Shown one piece after another: positions 21,332-31,591 of a DNA stretch of 64,000 bases. Each line of letters opens with the position of its first letter. Within the stretch, counting starts at the first letter, position 1. The position numbers were made by a program, and so were the translations under genes. Below the pieces are notes generated by a model. That model made no database searches, was not told the DNA's origin, and saw only the letters and a program-made list of their open reading frames with translations. The stretch lies in IMG/VR virus record IMGVR_UViG_3300044613_002638, positions 1-64,000 of that record; one strand, written 5' to 3'. This DNA is from a virus.

Positions 21332-24300
21332 TTACGAAACTGTGTTTAATTGAGCCGCTGTAATTGCAGAAATAATTTGCACATTATCAACGGTTGCTGC
21401 ACTTATTAAGATTTCATCTGGTTCAGCATTAATTTGGTATAGTGTACCAAATTGGCTTCCTGTGTTAGATGGTACTATAACTATACTGCTAATATTAGGC
21501 GCTAATACCGAATGTAAATAGGCGCTTAACTCACTGAAGTAAAAAGTTTCACCAAAATCCCAATTATTAACATCAAAATATGTATTAATAGCTGCTATAA
21601 CTTGACTTTTAATTTCGTTATCACTAATGGTAACATTTGGATTTTTTATGACTTTAAATGTAGAACGTAACGCAGGATTAGCCTTATTTCCAAACAATGG
21701 TTTAAAAACGGCTGGATTATAAATTATGCTGTCACTTATTGTTTTAAAAGTTTCGATTGATCCAAATTCTGTTCTTAAATCTGATATGGTAGGAGATTCA
21801 GGTTCAGCAACTTTACCGCTGGTGTCGGTAATGTATGCAATATAATCATTTGCATACGTTTTTGTTAAAATATAAAAATCAATTAAATTATTAGGGCTAG
21901 GGTCAATTCTACGATTATTTGGAGAATTATGTTTATATTGAAACTGTAGTTGTTGTCTACCAGTTCTTGCGATGTAATTTGTAACGGTGATCACATCTGA
22001 ACCTACAGATTGATAAAATGTAGGAACATTTTCGCCTGCAACTATAGGATTTCCTTCTGATGCATAAAAAATAGTACCGGAAGCATATAAAGTTATATTT
22101 TCAATGATACTGCTTTTAGTGCTATAAGCACTAACTACACTGTCTTGATCGATAGGATCAAACTGTAAAAAATTATATTGATTTACAGATTGTACAAAAA
22201 ACACATTTTTATTCTGGCTGTTAATTGTAGGAGCAACTAGTTCTAAAAACAAGTCAGGGTTATCAGGTACTTCATCAAGATTATCATCAGGGAAAGTTAT
22301 ACGAATTTTTCTGTTATCATCTATACCATCTGCACCAATTGCTTTTTCCCAAATTCTATAGATTTGGCTGTAAAATAATGGTTGACTTGAGTCAGGTTGT
22401 GTATTGGTGCGAAGTACCTTAATACTATCAACTAATGTAGTTGCAGTTCTGCTATCATATACTCTTATGTCTGGATCAAAGTAAAATCTAGTTTCTCTTT
22501 CGCTTTCAAAAAAGTAATTAATACCTCTGCTAATTACTGTATATTCGCCATTGCTAAAACTTAAGCTTAAAAACCAACTATCGTCTAAGCCTGTACCGGC
22601 TGTACTGCCAGCATTCACCAGACTGAAATTACCATCTCCTAAGTTTTGACTTTCAATAATATTCCAGGTCATCGTTGGTATGTCATATCTTATACCAAAG
22701 GTTTTATAACTTAATATTTGTAATATTATATTATTAATTAAATTTTCTGACCAATCATTTGCAAAAACTGGTATTATCTCACTTACTATTGCATTAGTAG
22801 GAATTACGGTACTTAAAGTAGCTACAGAGGTTAATCCTGGAGAATCATAATCAATAATACTAGCCCATAATGTTGTTTTTTGATATTCTGTTGTAGGTGT
22901 ACCAGTTTGAATTTGATTTTGCGCATCAAAATATTTGCCGGCTGGCGCAATAAATTTCACAAGACTACCTTGAACTAGAAATGAATAATTTGGACTATTA
23001 AATGTACCAAAGCTACGTCCTCCTGAATTCAATGATTGTGTCCATGTTGCAACTAGGCTGACTGTGCCTGTGCCTGCTCCGGCATCAGTTGCAGTAAAAA
23101 TAGTTCCTACAGTATTTTCTGAAGCACCAAAATTAACAAAGTTACTAGTACCAACGCTAATTATTTTATACACTTTACCAGCTACCATACTTGATGCTAC
23201 AATAGCAGGACCCAAAGGCTGATTGCGTGTTGCTGTATCGTAATATAGATGACGTGTTGTTATATTAGATATCAATGGTTTTATAGTGTTTCTTACAATA
23301 GAATTAACTTCTACAGTGCTGGTAAATTGAAAAGTTTCTGTTTCTGTATAATCTTCTTTATAAATTATTCCATCTTGTGCAAAAATATTAGTGCTAGAAT
23401 ATTTGCCTGTTGCATCAATTACATCTAGATATCTGCTAATACCCGAACTTGTTCTATTAGTAGCTTTTAACTTTAAAATATTGTTAAATGTAGTAAAAGG
23501 CAAAACATTATAATCTTCGCCTGTGACCATTCTATTCTGAGTATAATATTGTTGTGGTGCATTTGTTCTTATACTCTCAAGTGATTCGCGAGATATAGCA
23601 TTGGTGACAGTGTATTGTAAACTTGCTCTAACTGTTAATGTTTCTGCTCGACCAGTTCTTCCTCGATAAGGAATGTTGATGGTAATACCCGCCATTTCAT
23701 CAGGTGTAATTTTATAAGTTAAATTATTACTAACTCTATAATAAATTCTAAAATTACCAACAGGAATATTAGTAAATGAACCATCGCCAAATACCAAATC
23801 AATTTGATCGTTGGCTCTACTTGCTACGCTGTAAAGATTTCGTTGATCTAAATTATTATAAATTACATTAACTCCGTTTACTGCTGGAACCTGTGTCCAT
23901 AACGTGCTTAAATTATTACCGGTAGTCAATGAATAAAGCCAAACGTCAGTATTATTAATATTATCAAAATTAATATTAACTATTCGATTTGGCAAGCTTT
24001 CAGTGATTGTAAAGTCTAGGCTGTTGAGTGTGCCTTGTTTGAAATAAAAGAAATAACCAGTATTATTGCTAGAATTTCCTTGATTATCGTTTCTGTATAA
24101 AAAATTAAATGCGCCCCCTGGACTAGGAGTTGATTCATAAATGTATTCTTGATTGGCACTTGTTGCGCTAACTATTTCAAAAGGATACGTAACACCTGCT
24201 ATTGACGAACTATATGGATATGTAGGAGTTACACCTGCTATTATATCAACAGTGTATTCATCAGTACGTACACCACTTAAGTTTTTTGTGGCTCCTGGTT

Positions 24301-24814
24301 TACCAATGGCTTGCGAAGCTACTAGCGCAGCATTTAAAATAGAAGTAAATTGTTCTAGCCAGTTTTCGTTGCTAGTATCATTCCAATTAATAACTGTATT
24401 GCTTAAATTAACCCCTGTACTATCAAATATTGTTTCTGTAGTGCTGACACTGTCAAATTTCATATATCCAGCAGCTGGGGTGCTACGCTTAGGATTGTAG
24501 CTTACTAATCTAGCTAATTTTAGTATGCTATCTCTGCGTTCAGCAGTGTCAATAAAATTTTCACGTGCATTTAAATCGGCTCTAAAGGCTAAACTTTGTC
24601 CTAAAAAAGCAATTAAATCTATCAGAGCAATATATTCAGAACTTTCTGTGTAATCATTGAAATCTTCTGGATAATATGTTCGTAGATATTCTATCATTGA
24701 TTTTCGTAAAGTTTCGTAATCAAAACTTTGAAAATCGGCTTCTCTAAAAGTTTGATAGATCTTAGTCCAATCTTGTTGAACTAATAAACTAGTTTGTCTT
24801 GTAGTAATGGCCAT
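21332..24814 (-). CDS. gp6: Baseplate wedge subunit, T4 gp6-like
   Basis: DFQSFDYETLRKSMIEYL, ENFIDTAERRDSILKLA, FGDG, ESLESIRTNAP...QNRMVT.EDY; follows gp25. Confidence 0.85.
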   Translation of the reverse strand: MAITTRQTSLLVQQDWTKIYQTFREADFQSFDYETLRKSMIEYLRTYYPEDFNDYTESSEYIALIDLIAFLGQSLAFRADLNARENFIDTAERRDSILKLARLVSYNPKRSTPAAGYMKFDSVSTTETIFDSTGVNLSNTVINWNDTSNENWLEQFTSILNAALVASQAIGKPGATKNLSGVRTDEYTVDIIAGVTPTYPYSSSIAGVTYPFEIVSATSANQEYIYESTPSPGGAFNFLYRNDNQGNSSNNTGYFFYFKQGTLNSLDFTITESLPNRIVNINFDNINNTDVWLYSLTTGNNLSTLWTQVPAVNGVNVIYNNLDQRNLYSVASRANDQIDLVFGDGSFTNIPVGNFRIYYRVSNNLTYKITPDEMAGITINIPYRGRTGRAETLTVRASLQYTVTNAISRESLESIRTNAPQQYYTQNRMVTGEDYNVLPFTTFNNILKLKATNRTSSGISRYLDVIDATGKYSSTNIFAQDGIIYKEDYTETETFQFTSTVEVNSIVRNTIKPLISNITTRHLYYDTATRNQPLGPAIVASSMVAGKVYKIISVGTSNFVNFGASENTVGTIFTATDAGAGTGTVSLVATWTQSLNSGGRSFGTFNSPNYSFLVQGSLVKFIAPAGKYFDAQNQIQTGTPTTEYQKTTLWASIIDYDSPGLTSVATLSTVIPTNAIVSEIIPVFANDWSENLINNIILQILSYKTFGIRYDIPTMTWNIIESQNLGDGNFSLVNAGSTAGTGLDDSWFLSLSFSNGEYTVISRGINYFFESERETRFYFDPDIRVYDSRTATTLVDSIKVLRTNTQPDSSQPLFYSQIYRIWEKAIGADGIDDNRKIRITFPDDNLDEVPDNPDLFLELVAPTINSQNKNVFFVQSVNQYNFLQFDPIDQDSVVSAYSTKSSIIENITLYASGTIFYASEGNPIVAGENVPTFYQSVGSDVITVTNYIARTGRQQLQFQYKHNSPNNRRIDPSPNNLIDFYILTKTYANDYIAYITDTSGKVAEPESPTISDLRTEFGSIETFKTISDSIIYNPAVFKPLFGNKANPALRSTFKVIKNPNVTISDNEIKSQVIAAINTYFDVNNWDFGETFYFSELSAYLHSVLAPNISSIVIVPSNTGSQFGTLYQINAEPDEILISAATVDNVQIISAITAAQLNTVS

Positions 24815-24861
24815 GTCTATACCCGTGTTTTAGTATTTATCGAAATAAAAATATGGTATTA

Positions 24862-25239
24862 TTAAGCTGCAAGGACTGCGTTAAGTTCTCTATCAAACCT
24901 TAGAGATAGAACATCGCTGTAATTATCAGGGAGAAATACAAGTTCAATTTGAACTTGTAATCCCATATCTAACTGATCAACTAGCACATTATCAACACGT
25001 ACTCTTGGATCGTAACTGACCACACGTTGTATATCTTCTACAATAAGTGCTTTGATATCAGCTGTTAAAGGTTCAAACAGAATGTTCCAAATAATACTGC
25101 CAAAATTTGGATTCATTAGTTTTTCGCCTTTTCTGATTGCAAAGTGATTTAATAAATCTCTTTTAATTAAATCTAAATCAGTTAGACGGAATTTTTTAGA
25201 TTGATTTATAGTGCTGAAACCTTTATATCTAGTAGCCAT
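24862..25239 (-). CDS. gp25: Baseplate wedge subunit gp25-like
   Basis: D.DLIKRDLLNHF..RKGE..MNPNFGS.IW..LFEP...YDPRV. Confidence 0.9.
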   Translation of the reverse strand: MATRYKGFSTINQSKKFRLTDLDLIKRDLLNHFAIRKGEKLMNPNFGSIIWNILFEPLTADIKALIVEDIQRVVSYDPRVRVDNVLVDQLDMGLQVQIELVFLPDNYSDVLSLRFDRELNAVLAA

Positions 25240-25244
25240 ATTAT

Positions 25245-25252
25245 TATTTATA
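25245..25252 (-). promoter_or_regulatory. T4-type late promoter TATAAATA
   Basis: Perfect TATAAATA 5 nt before the gp25 ATG; gp55 is encoded in the window. Confidence 0.7.
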
Positions 25253-25253
25253 A

Positions 25254-26324
25254 TTACGTATCTGCACCTAAATTGCCAATGGCGTATTTTCCGCCATTAA
25301 AGTAAATGTGCCCTGGACGTCCTTGACTATCTACTGTCTGACCAGTATTTCGCCATAAATTTGCTTTGGTTGCTATTGAATAGTTTTCTATATTAATAGT
25401 GCCGTCTGAACTATATATAGATTGATTTAATTGTGGGTTACCTAAGTCTTGATATTGGTAAGCTAAAGCTATCATTCCGCTAACAATTTCTTTAGAGTCA
25501 TTGACTCTAATTGCCCCAGAACGTATTAGTGCTTCGTACTGTGTTTTAACGAAATCACGCATAATACTGTCTTGAACGCCCGGGGAAGCTAAAAATATTT
25601 CATGGCTGTCAATACCACTTTTTCCAGTCCAGGCGCCACTTGCATCAAGGTAACCCAATGTTGTAAGTAACCACTGTGAATTTTGATATTTTCCTAATTT
25701 TAAAGGAGAAACTGTAAAATTTATATCGCCACTAATAGTGTTATTACTACCTAATACTATTTCATTATTAGTACCCGATGCAGTTCCTGTGCCTGTACCA
25801 ACAGAATTGGCTACAAAAACTGTATCAACAGTTGAATCTAGTGCTCCTATTAATGTAAAATCAGTAGTGCCAGAACTTGTAATTGTATATGTGCAACCTG
25901 GAATAAAGTTGCCGGCTGTAATATTACCACTTACAGATTTAGCGATCACCATTGTGTTACTGCCAAATGCACCAATGCTCGAACTCTCAACATTGGCCAC
26001 CATACCTAATTTTATAGATGTATTATCTGAATTTGTAATTGTGACTGTAGCAACATTAGCAAAGTTGGAATCAGCACTAATTTTAGCTTTAAATATGCCT
26101 AAATTGGGCACTCCTAAAGATGTTAAATTTGGGTTTGTATTGCTTTCTAGGTTGCCAAGTTGAACAAGCAAACATTTAATTTCAAATTTATTAAGAATAG
26201 GAATACCTTCTTTTATAAAAGACAAATTAATACCAACAGGCGCATCGTCCCGAACTAATAATTCTCTATTCGCGGGATTTACTATAGTATTAAACGAAGC
26301 AGTAGATATTCCTCTATTAGACAT
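25254..26324 (-). CDS. Putative lysozyme-fold tail-associated protein carrying inserted beta modules
   Basis: LES..N and LGKYQ motifs, FL.SP.VQD..M; lies directly after the gp5-like spike. Confidence 0.5.
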   Translation of the reverse strand: MSNRGISTASFNTIVNPANRELLVRDDAPVGINLSFIKEGIPILNKFEIKCLLVQLGNLESNTNPNLTSLGVPNLGIFKAKISADSNFANVATVTITNSDNTSIKLGMVANVESSSIGAFGSNTMVIAKSVSGNITAGNFIPGCTYTITSSGTTDFTLIGALDSTVDTVFVANSVGTGTGTASGTNNEIVLGSNNTISGDINFTVSPLKLGKYQNSQWLLTTLGYLDASGAWTGKSGIDSHEIFLASPGVQDSIMRDFVKTQYEALIRSGAIRVNDSKEIVSGMIALAYQYQDLGNPQLNQSIYSSDGTINIENYSIATKANLWRNTGQTVDSQGRPGHIYFNGGKYAIGNLGADT

Positions 26325-27815
26325 TTATGTTTTTCCTGGAGTCTGTGCAGTGGGTGAAATCGTCTTACCTGAATTCTTTTTTAGTTCTCCTGATTCTCTT
26401 TTCCAAGGTTCGTGTGTTGGAGCAAAAGGTGACAAACTATCAAAAGTTGCTGTAGATAATTTCCATAACTTTTCATTATTATCATATGTTACATTTGCTT
26501 GTTTATAAAATTCTAGTGATTGATTAGTCAATGGAGATGCTGGAGTTGATGTGTTTAAAAATATCTTTCTACCTTTTAGTATGATATCAGCTGAGGTCTT
26601 CATGCCAGCTGTTACAGATTCAAATAACAAACTAGTTGAACTTTTAACACCAATATTGCCTGCGTTTAAAGAATAATTGTTTAAAGCAGTAACCTGATAA
26701 CTTTCAGTTTGATTAAGAAAATATTTTTCAGCGTGCATTCTTATTGTATTTCCACTGTGTATATTGATATCTCTATCAGCATGAAAATTGATATCTTGCT
26801 GGGCTCGTACACTTACATTGCTATTGCTAAAAATATTAACACTACCATCAGGTGTCAATTCAATCCAGGTTGTTCCACGGCTGTTACTGATGTACATAAG
26901 GTCTTCTGTATCATGCATTAAGATTTGATGTCCACCACTGCTACGCAATCTTAATAATCTATTCTGACCGTAAACATCACCATCATCCATAACAAATGAA
27001 TGTCCACCTTTTCTTATAGGAAAGTTTTGCAACACGCTGACAGGTAACGATCCTTCTTGTAGAATTGTATCCAAATTAGGAAATTCTGCTAGATCAGGCA
27101 CTGTCCTTCCTGGTGTGCTAATTCCTACTACCTGACTAGGAGTTTCTCTCTGACTGCTACTAGAAATGGTACCCCTTACTGGGTCTTTATCTAAGCCTTG
27201 TTCAATTACGATATTAGCTTGATAGGTATGAACAACTTTAGGTAAATTAAAAAATTCTGGATTTTGTTCAACTGAAGAATTTTCTGATTTAAGTTCAGCT
27301 GTTGGTAAAAAGCTAGTACTGGTTATCCGTCCTGACCCAAAAAAAGGATCTTGATTGATTTTGTCTGTACCTGCAACATTACCATATGGTCTAGCTAGAC
27401 CAGGAACCATGTGTATGGTTGGAGTGTTAGGGACACATGCAAACCAAAACCCTTGGTTTGGATCGCCCATTATAAATGTAATCAACACTAAATTACCTAT
27501 GTCAGGAGGTACAGCCCAAAAACCATAGGTTTGTTGGGAAGCTGAAAAATTTTTAGAATCGTCGCTTGTAGATCCTAACGTGCTTCCTAAAAATGGACTA
27601 GCGTATCTAACAACATACCATTTATCTACATCTTCTTCATCTCCGCCAATGGCTGGTACCCATACTGCCAAACGGCCCAATCTTGCAGGATCTGCATTAT
27701 TTTTAATAACAGCAATGTACGGACCTGGATCTAATTTCACTCCAGAAGCGGCAAAGTAACTAGAAGAACCAGCCCAATCAGGCAGTTTACCTTGACTTGA
27801 TTTGTTTTGTGCCAT
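26325..27815 (-). CDS. gp5: Baseplate central spike, gp5/VgrG-like (OB fold plus beta-helix)
   Basis: DPARLGRLAVW, YGFWAVPPD.G..VL..F, GGHSFVMDDG, RSSGGHQILMHD, beta-helix repeats, PTHEPW. Confidence 0.8.
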   Translation of the reverse strand: MAQNKSSQGKLPDWAGSSSYFAASGVKLDPGPYIAVIKNNADPARLGRLAVWVPAIGGDEEDVDKWYVVRYASPFLGSTLGSTSDDSKNFSASQQTYGFWAVPPDIGNLVLITFIMGDPNQGFWFACVPNTPTIHMVPGLARPYGNVAGTDKINQDPFFGSGRITSTSFLPTAELKSENSSVEQNPEFFNLPKVVHTYQANIVIEQGLDKDPVRGTISSSSQRETPSQVVGISTPGRTVPDLAEFPNLDTILQEGSLPVSVLQNFPIRKGGHSFVMDDGDVYGQNRLLRLRSSGGHQILMHDTEDLMYISNSRGTTWIELTPDGSVNIFSNSNVSVRAQQDINFHADRDINIHSGNTIRMHAEKYFLNQTESYQVTALNNYSLNAGNIGVKSSTSLLFESVTAGMKTSADIILKGRKIFLNTSTPASPLTNQSLEFYKQANVTYDNNEKLWKLSTATFDSLSPFAPTHEPWKRESGELKKNSGKTISPTAQTPGKT

Positions 27816-30199
27816 TATAGTGTTCCTATTCCTGGTAATACAGTTGCCGAAGGTGTGATTGGACTTGCAAATATATTACGCTTGGCTTCTGCATCTTTAT
27901 CAACAGTTCCATTGGTTACTGATTTTGTTGATGTTCCTTGGTTTTGTGCTGATTTATTAGGAGGATCTAAAGCATCTGGAATTCTAATTAGATCTAGTGT
28001 TTGTGTGAATTGTCCTCGATTAAATTCGCTTTGCACGGTAAGGACTTTGTATATACCACTGAAAGTACCGTCAGTTTTTCTACCATTGCTAAGTGTGTCT
28101 TGTTTATTTACAATCCCTAAATTGTTATCTATATCAACAGCATTTTTAACATTAACTCTTACATAAACTTGTTCTGCATCAAATAATATTTGTCCATCCT
28201 CGGCAATTGGCTTCATCGAGTTGTTACCTAGTCTACTTGTAATAAACTTATTATATTCTTCAGGACTTCCTGCATTAATAAAAATGTCATCTTGTTTAAT
28301 GTAAGCAGGGTCACCAACAATTTGTAATTTGATATTAAGCCCATCACCGCGTTGTCTAGAGTAAAGACTGCCTTTCATGTCGCTAACAATTTGTTCTTCT
28401 GGACTAGTTGCTTTTGTTGTTCCTACTGCACTTTTATCTGATCCTGCAAAGGCTTTTACCACGGGCGGAATCGTGGCTGCAGGAGTCGTGTTAGAGTATT
28501 TTTGTTCGTTTTTATCAACATCACTTTCATCACTACCTGCGTCACTTGCTATGCGTTTTACCTGTTCGCCTTTAGTAGTAACTAGTGTATAAAAAGATGT
28601 ATCAAAATCTACATCCAATTTGATTATGTCTTGATTCAATCCTGTATACAAATAGTCATATGTTCGAACCACAGCATCAGCTACATTAGACGAATCAATT
28701 TTTGGAAAATTTGGGTGATAGGCATTGGCTGCGTTATATGGCAAAATATTATAAAGCACTGTTTTACTATAGGTGTTTGTAGAAGAATCAAAATCTTTCA
28801 GTGACACCGTGGGTAAGATTTTATACCATTTTAATTTTTTAGGTTCTTGTGTGTCGCCTGTCCGTTCTGATCCATTGGTATAATCACTATTGGCACTTGA
28901 TTCGTTTTGTTTTGACTTTTGTGTTTCTATTTGTTTTTTTATGTAGTCACTTCGTGTCATAATCATATCAATAACATCAATGATACTAGTTCCTGCATTT
29001 AACGTAATAGGTTGTTGTCTTTTGAAATTTGGATTAGGTTTATTATATCCAGTTGCAGTGTTCTGCATACTGACATTATCATTGGAGCTTTCGTTAGGAT
29101 TAACTATCAATGATTTACGCATTTCATCGTTAGGTATACTGAATGCAATTTTTGTAGGAGGAAACAAAGATAACTTTTTGTCTTTGGCGATGCTATCCAT
29201 ATAATTGTTGTAGGCTGCTGCTAAACTTTTTTCGTTAAAAATAACACCTTGCTTTAATGCTTCCCGTTGCCTTTCAACTTCCTCGGGCGTAGGTTTCTGA
29301 TTAGCAAAAATAATAGTATTGTTTTGAATCCATTTTTGCAATTCACTTTCTATTCTTTCTTCGTCGGCTTCGCTAATACCCTCAAAATCTTTAATTATAT
29401 CATCTGTACTACTAAAAAATTCTCCTACGGTACCAGCTTCGACTGTCATGGTCACTGGCAATGAAGCTGTAGTGGTATCGAATGCAGAATGATTATAAGG
29501 CATAGCTCTAACTGCATAAGTTGTTCCACTACCACTAGGTTTAATTTTCATTTCTATTAGTTTTATTGCTATTCTTTTTCTATCAATTACGTTATTACTA
29601 GTTAATTTTGAGGTATTTTCTTCAGTTGCGCTAGCCAACATATCAATTTGAAGCAGATATGGTTGTGACATATAATTTACAGAAGCATCGTCTGAAGTCT
29701 CACAGGCACTTAATAATCTATCTAATAGACTTAATCCATATGGTTCTGTAATTGTAAAAGTAATATCGACTGCGTTAGATGCTTTTGTTTTTGCATTTAA
29801 ACCAACAATTGTTTGTAAAGATAAATTGTCAATAAAAAAATCAGTTTGAAAATCAGGGTGCCTAAGAGTCTGATCATAATTAGCACTACCAGTTTGTGAT
29901 TCTTGTGAGACTAAAGTACTCATGGTAGTAGCATATCCTCCTGCACTACTAATTAACGAATACTTTGGTTGAAATGACCTGGGATTAATTGACAAACTGT
30001 TATAATCTTTAGATGTAAGGAAAAATAAAGTTATTCGATATGTGTAATTTGCATATTGATGTAATTTGTTTTCTAGAGAGGTGCCCGAAACTTCAACTTT
30101 ATAATCTGATGATTTTCCGGTTACACCAGATCCTATCAATGAGCTAGCGGAATTGGTTATACTGGCTACGTCAAAGTTTGCTTCTGATTTAATTGGCAT
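27815..30199 (-). CDS. Baseplate hub protein (gp27/gpD-like)
   Basis: FTITEPYG, LQIVGDP.YI, FSGIYKV..V.SEF..GQFTQTLDL; position between gp53 and gp5. Confidence 0.7.
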   Translation of the reverse strand: MPIKSEANFDVASITNSASSLIGSGVTGKSSDYKVEVSGTSLENKLHQYANYTYRITLFFLTSKDYNSLSINPRSFQPKYSLISSAGGYATTMSTLVSQESQTGSANYDQTLRHPDFQTDFFIDNLSLQTIVGLNAKTKASNAVDITFTITEPYGLSLLDRLLSACETSDDASVNYMSQPYLLQIDMLASATEENTSKLTSNNVIDRKRIAIKLIEMKIKPSGSGTTYAVRAMPYNHSAFDTTTASLPVTMTVEAGTVGEFFSSTDDIIKDFEGISEADEERIESELQKWIQNNTIIFANQKPTPEEVERQREALKQGVIFNEKSLAAAYNNYMDSIAKDKKLSLFPPTKIAFSIPNDEMRKSLIVNPNESSNDNVSMQNTATGYNKPNPNFKRQQPITLNAGTSIIDVIDMIMTRSDYIKKQIETQKSKQNESSANSDYTNGSERTGDTQEPKKLKWYKILPTVSLKDFDSSTNTYSKTVLYNILPYNAANAYHPNFPKIDSSNVADAVVRTYDYLYTGLNQDIIKLDVDFDTSFYTLVTTKGEQVKRIASDAGSDESDVDKNEQKYSNTTPAATIPPVVKAFAGSDKSAVGTTKATSPEEQIVSDMKGSLYSRQRGDGLNIKLQIVGDPAYIKQDDIFINAGSPEEYNKFITSRLGNNSMKPIAEDGQILFDAEQVYVRVNVKNAVDIDNNLGIVNKQDTLSNGRKTDGTFSGIYKVLTVQSEFNRGQFTQTLDLIRIPDALDPPNKSAQNQGTSTKSVTNGTVDKDAEAKRNIFASPITPSATVLPGIGTL

Positions 30200-30203
30200 T
30201 AAT

Positions 30204-30509
30204 TTATACTCCTAGATCCCTTTTTAAAGTATCTAATTTAGGAATATAAATTCGTGTTCCTGCTGCAAAATCTTGCACCGGATTAACTAATACATTTGGA
30301 TTCCGTTGTGCAAATACCCACCACAAAGAACTTGTTCCGTATAAATCTGCTGCTAACAAATCAGGTCTATATTCATACACACTGTCTATCTCATAAAGAA
30401 CATCATCTGCTAATTTTGTAATAGGTCGATTGACCATGACGTCTAAAAAATTTCCAAAAGTTTTAGTGCTAAAATAAGGACTAGAAGCAGAATATTGAAC
30501 CTTGGCCAT
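30204..30509 (-). CDS. gp53: Baseplate wedge gp53-like (LysM-type)
   Basis: YEYRPDLLA.DLYG...LWWVFAQRN...G..IYIP. Confidence 0.8.
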   Translation of the reverse strand: MAKVQYSASSPYFSTKTFGNFLDVMVNRPITKLADDVLYEIDSVYEYRPDLLAADLYGTSSLWWVFAQRNPNVLVNPVQDFAAGTRIYIPKLDTLKRDLGV

Positions 30510-31525
30510 TATAAATACCCTCCGGGGAATGGATTACCTGAACCCACAATTAAACCACCTGCAGCAAATTTTTTGTAATCAAATTGTATGGCCTGACTTC
30601 TGCTCATAATTGGTTGTAGTGTTAAACTAAAAGTGCTCACAGTGGGAACTCGGTTAAACGCACTGTTTACACTTTGAGTGCTTATTTGGCTACCGGCATT
30701 AGTACCCGGAACTGAAGGTAAAGTAATTGATCCAAAGGCGCCAGTTAAAGTACTGCTTGTGGTTGTTGTACTTATTGACTGCGTTGTTGCAACTTCTAAA
30801 TAGTCAACGTCATCTGGCATGGTATGGGAAAAGCTTGTTACAACACAAGGCACGTGAGGTAAATAATGCTGACCATAACCATCAAGATAAACTATTGGCG
30901 GAGGACTGCCTTGGTAGTCAGCAGATATTCCGTAAAACATCTTAGTACAGGCTCTGAAAAAATATAAAGCAGCTAAAAAATATTGAGCTTCTGCTGCATT
31001 TTGTACTGTAAATGGTCCTGCTACATTTATGGATCCCACGGAGCTAGATTCATAAAAATATTGTGCATAATTAGAATGCGTTAATTGTTGAGTTTGATAA
31101 TTTGCAGAATGAGTAACTGTAACTGACGGTACGTATGGAAAAAGGAACCCATTGGTAGATTTTAACGGCGCCAACAATCCAGAACCTTCGGCTCCCCAAT
31201 ATAAAATTTTAGAATTAGGGTTTATGCTTATGCGGACTCGCCAATCATTACCCGAACTTTCGCTAGAACCAAATTGTACATTTGGACTTTGTAAAGAAGC
31301 TTTTGAAATTAATGACCCGCCTTGGGACAGGCCCGAAACTATTCGTCTTGCATCTGCGGGATCGGCACTTCCAGCTGATGTAGTTTGATTACCATTGTTA
31401 GGACTAAAATTTGAAAAAATTCCGCCATCTTTTGTTTTTCCAGCTTCGGCTATATTTTCAAAACTATTACCCTGTACAAATCTGCCATAGCCACCATTTG
31501 GGTTGCCGCCTGTAATTACCGCCAT
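30509..31525 (-). CDS. Baseplate-tail tube junction/initiator protein (gp48/gp54-like)
   Basis: FPYVP, HSNY, TKMFYG, PPPIVYL.GYG...PCVVTSF...PDDVDY. Confidence 0.65.
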   Translation of the reverse strand: MAVITGGNPNGGYGRFVQGNSFENIAEAGKTKDGGIFSNFSPNNGNQTTSAGSADPADARRIVSGLSQGGSLISKASLQSPNVQFGSSESSGNDWRVRISINPNSKILYWGAEGSGLLAPLKSTNGFLFPYVPSVTVTHSANYQTQQLTHSNYAQYFYESSSVGSINVAGPFTVQNAAEAQYFLAALYFFRACTKMFYGISADYQGSPPPIVYLDGYGQHYLPHVPCVVTSFSHTMPDDVDYLEVATTQSISTTTTSSTLTGAFGSITLPSVPGTNAGSQISTQSVNSAFNRVPTVSTFSLTLQPIMSRSQAIQFDYKKFAAGGLIVGSGNPFPGGYL

Positions 31526-31591
31526 ATAAGGAATTCCTCTTGCATTTTTACTATTTATTTGTTAAATTAACTACGTATTTTAAGGAACATA

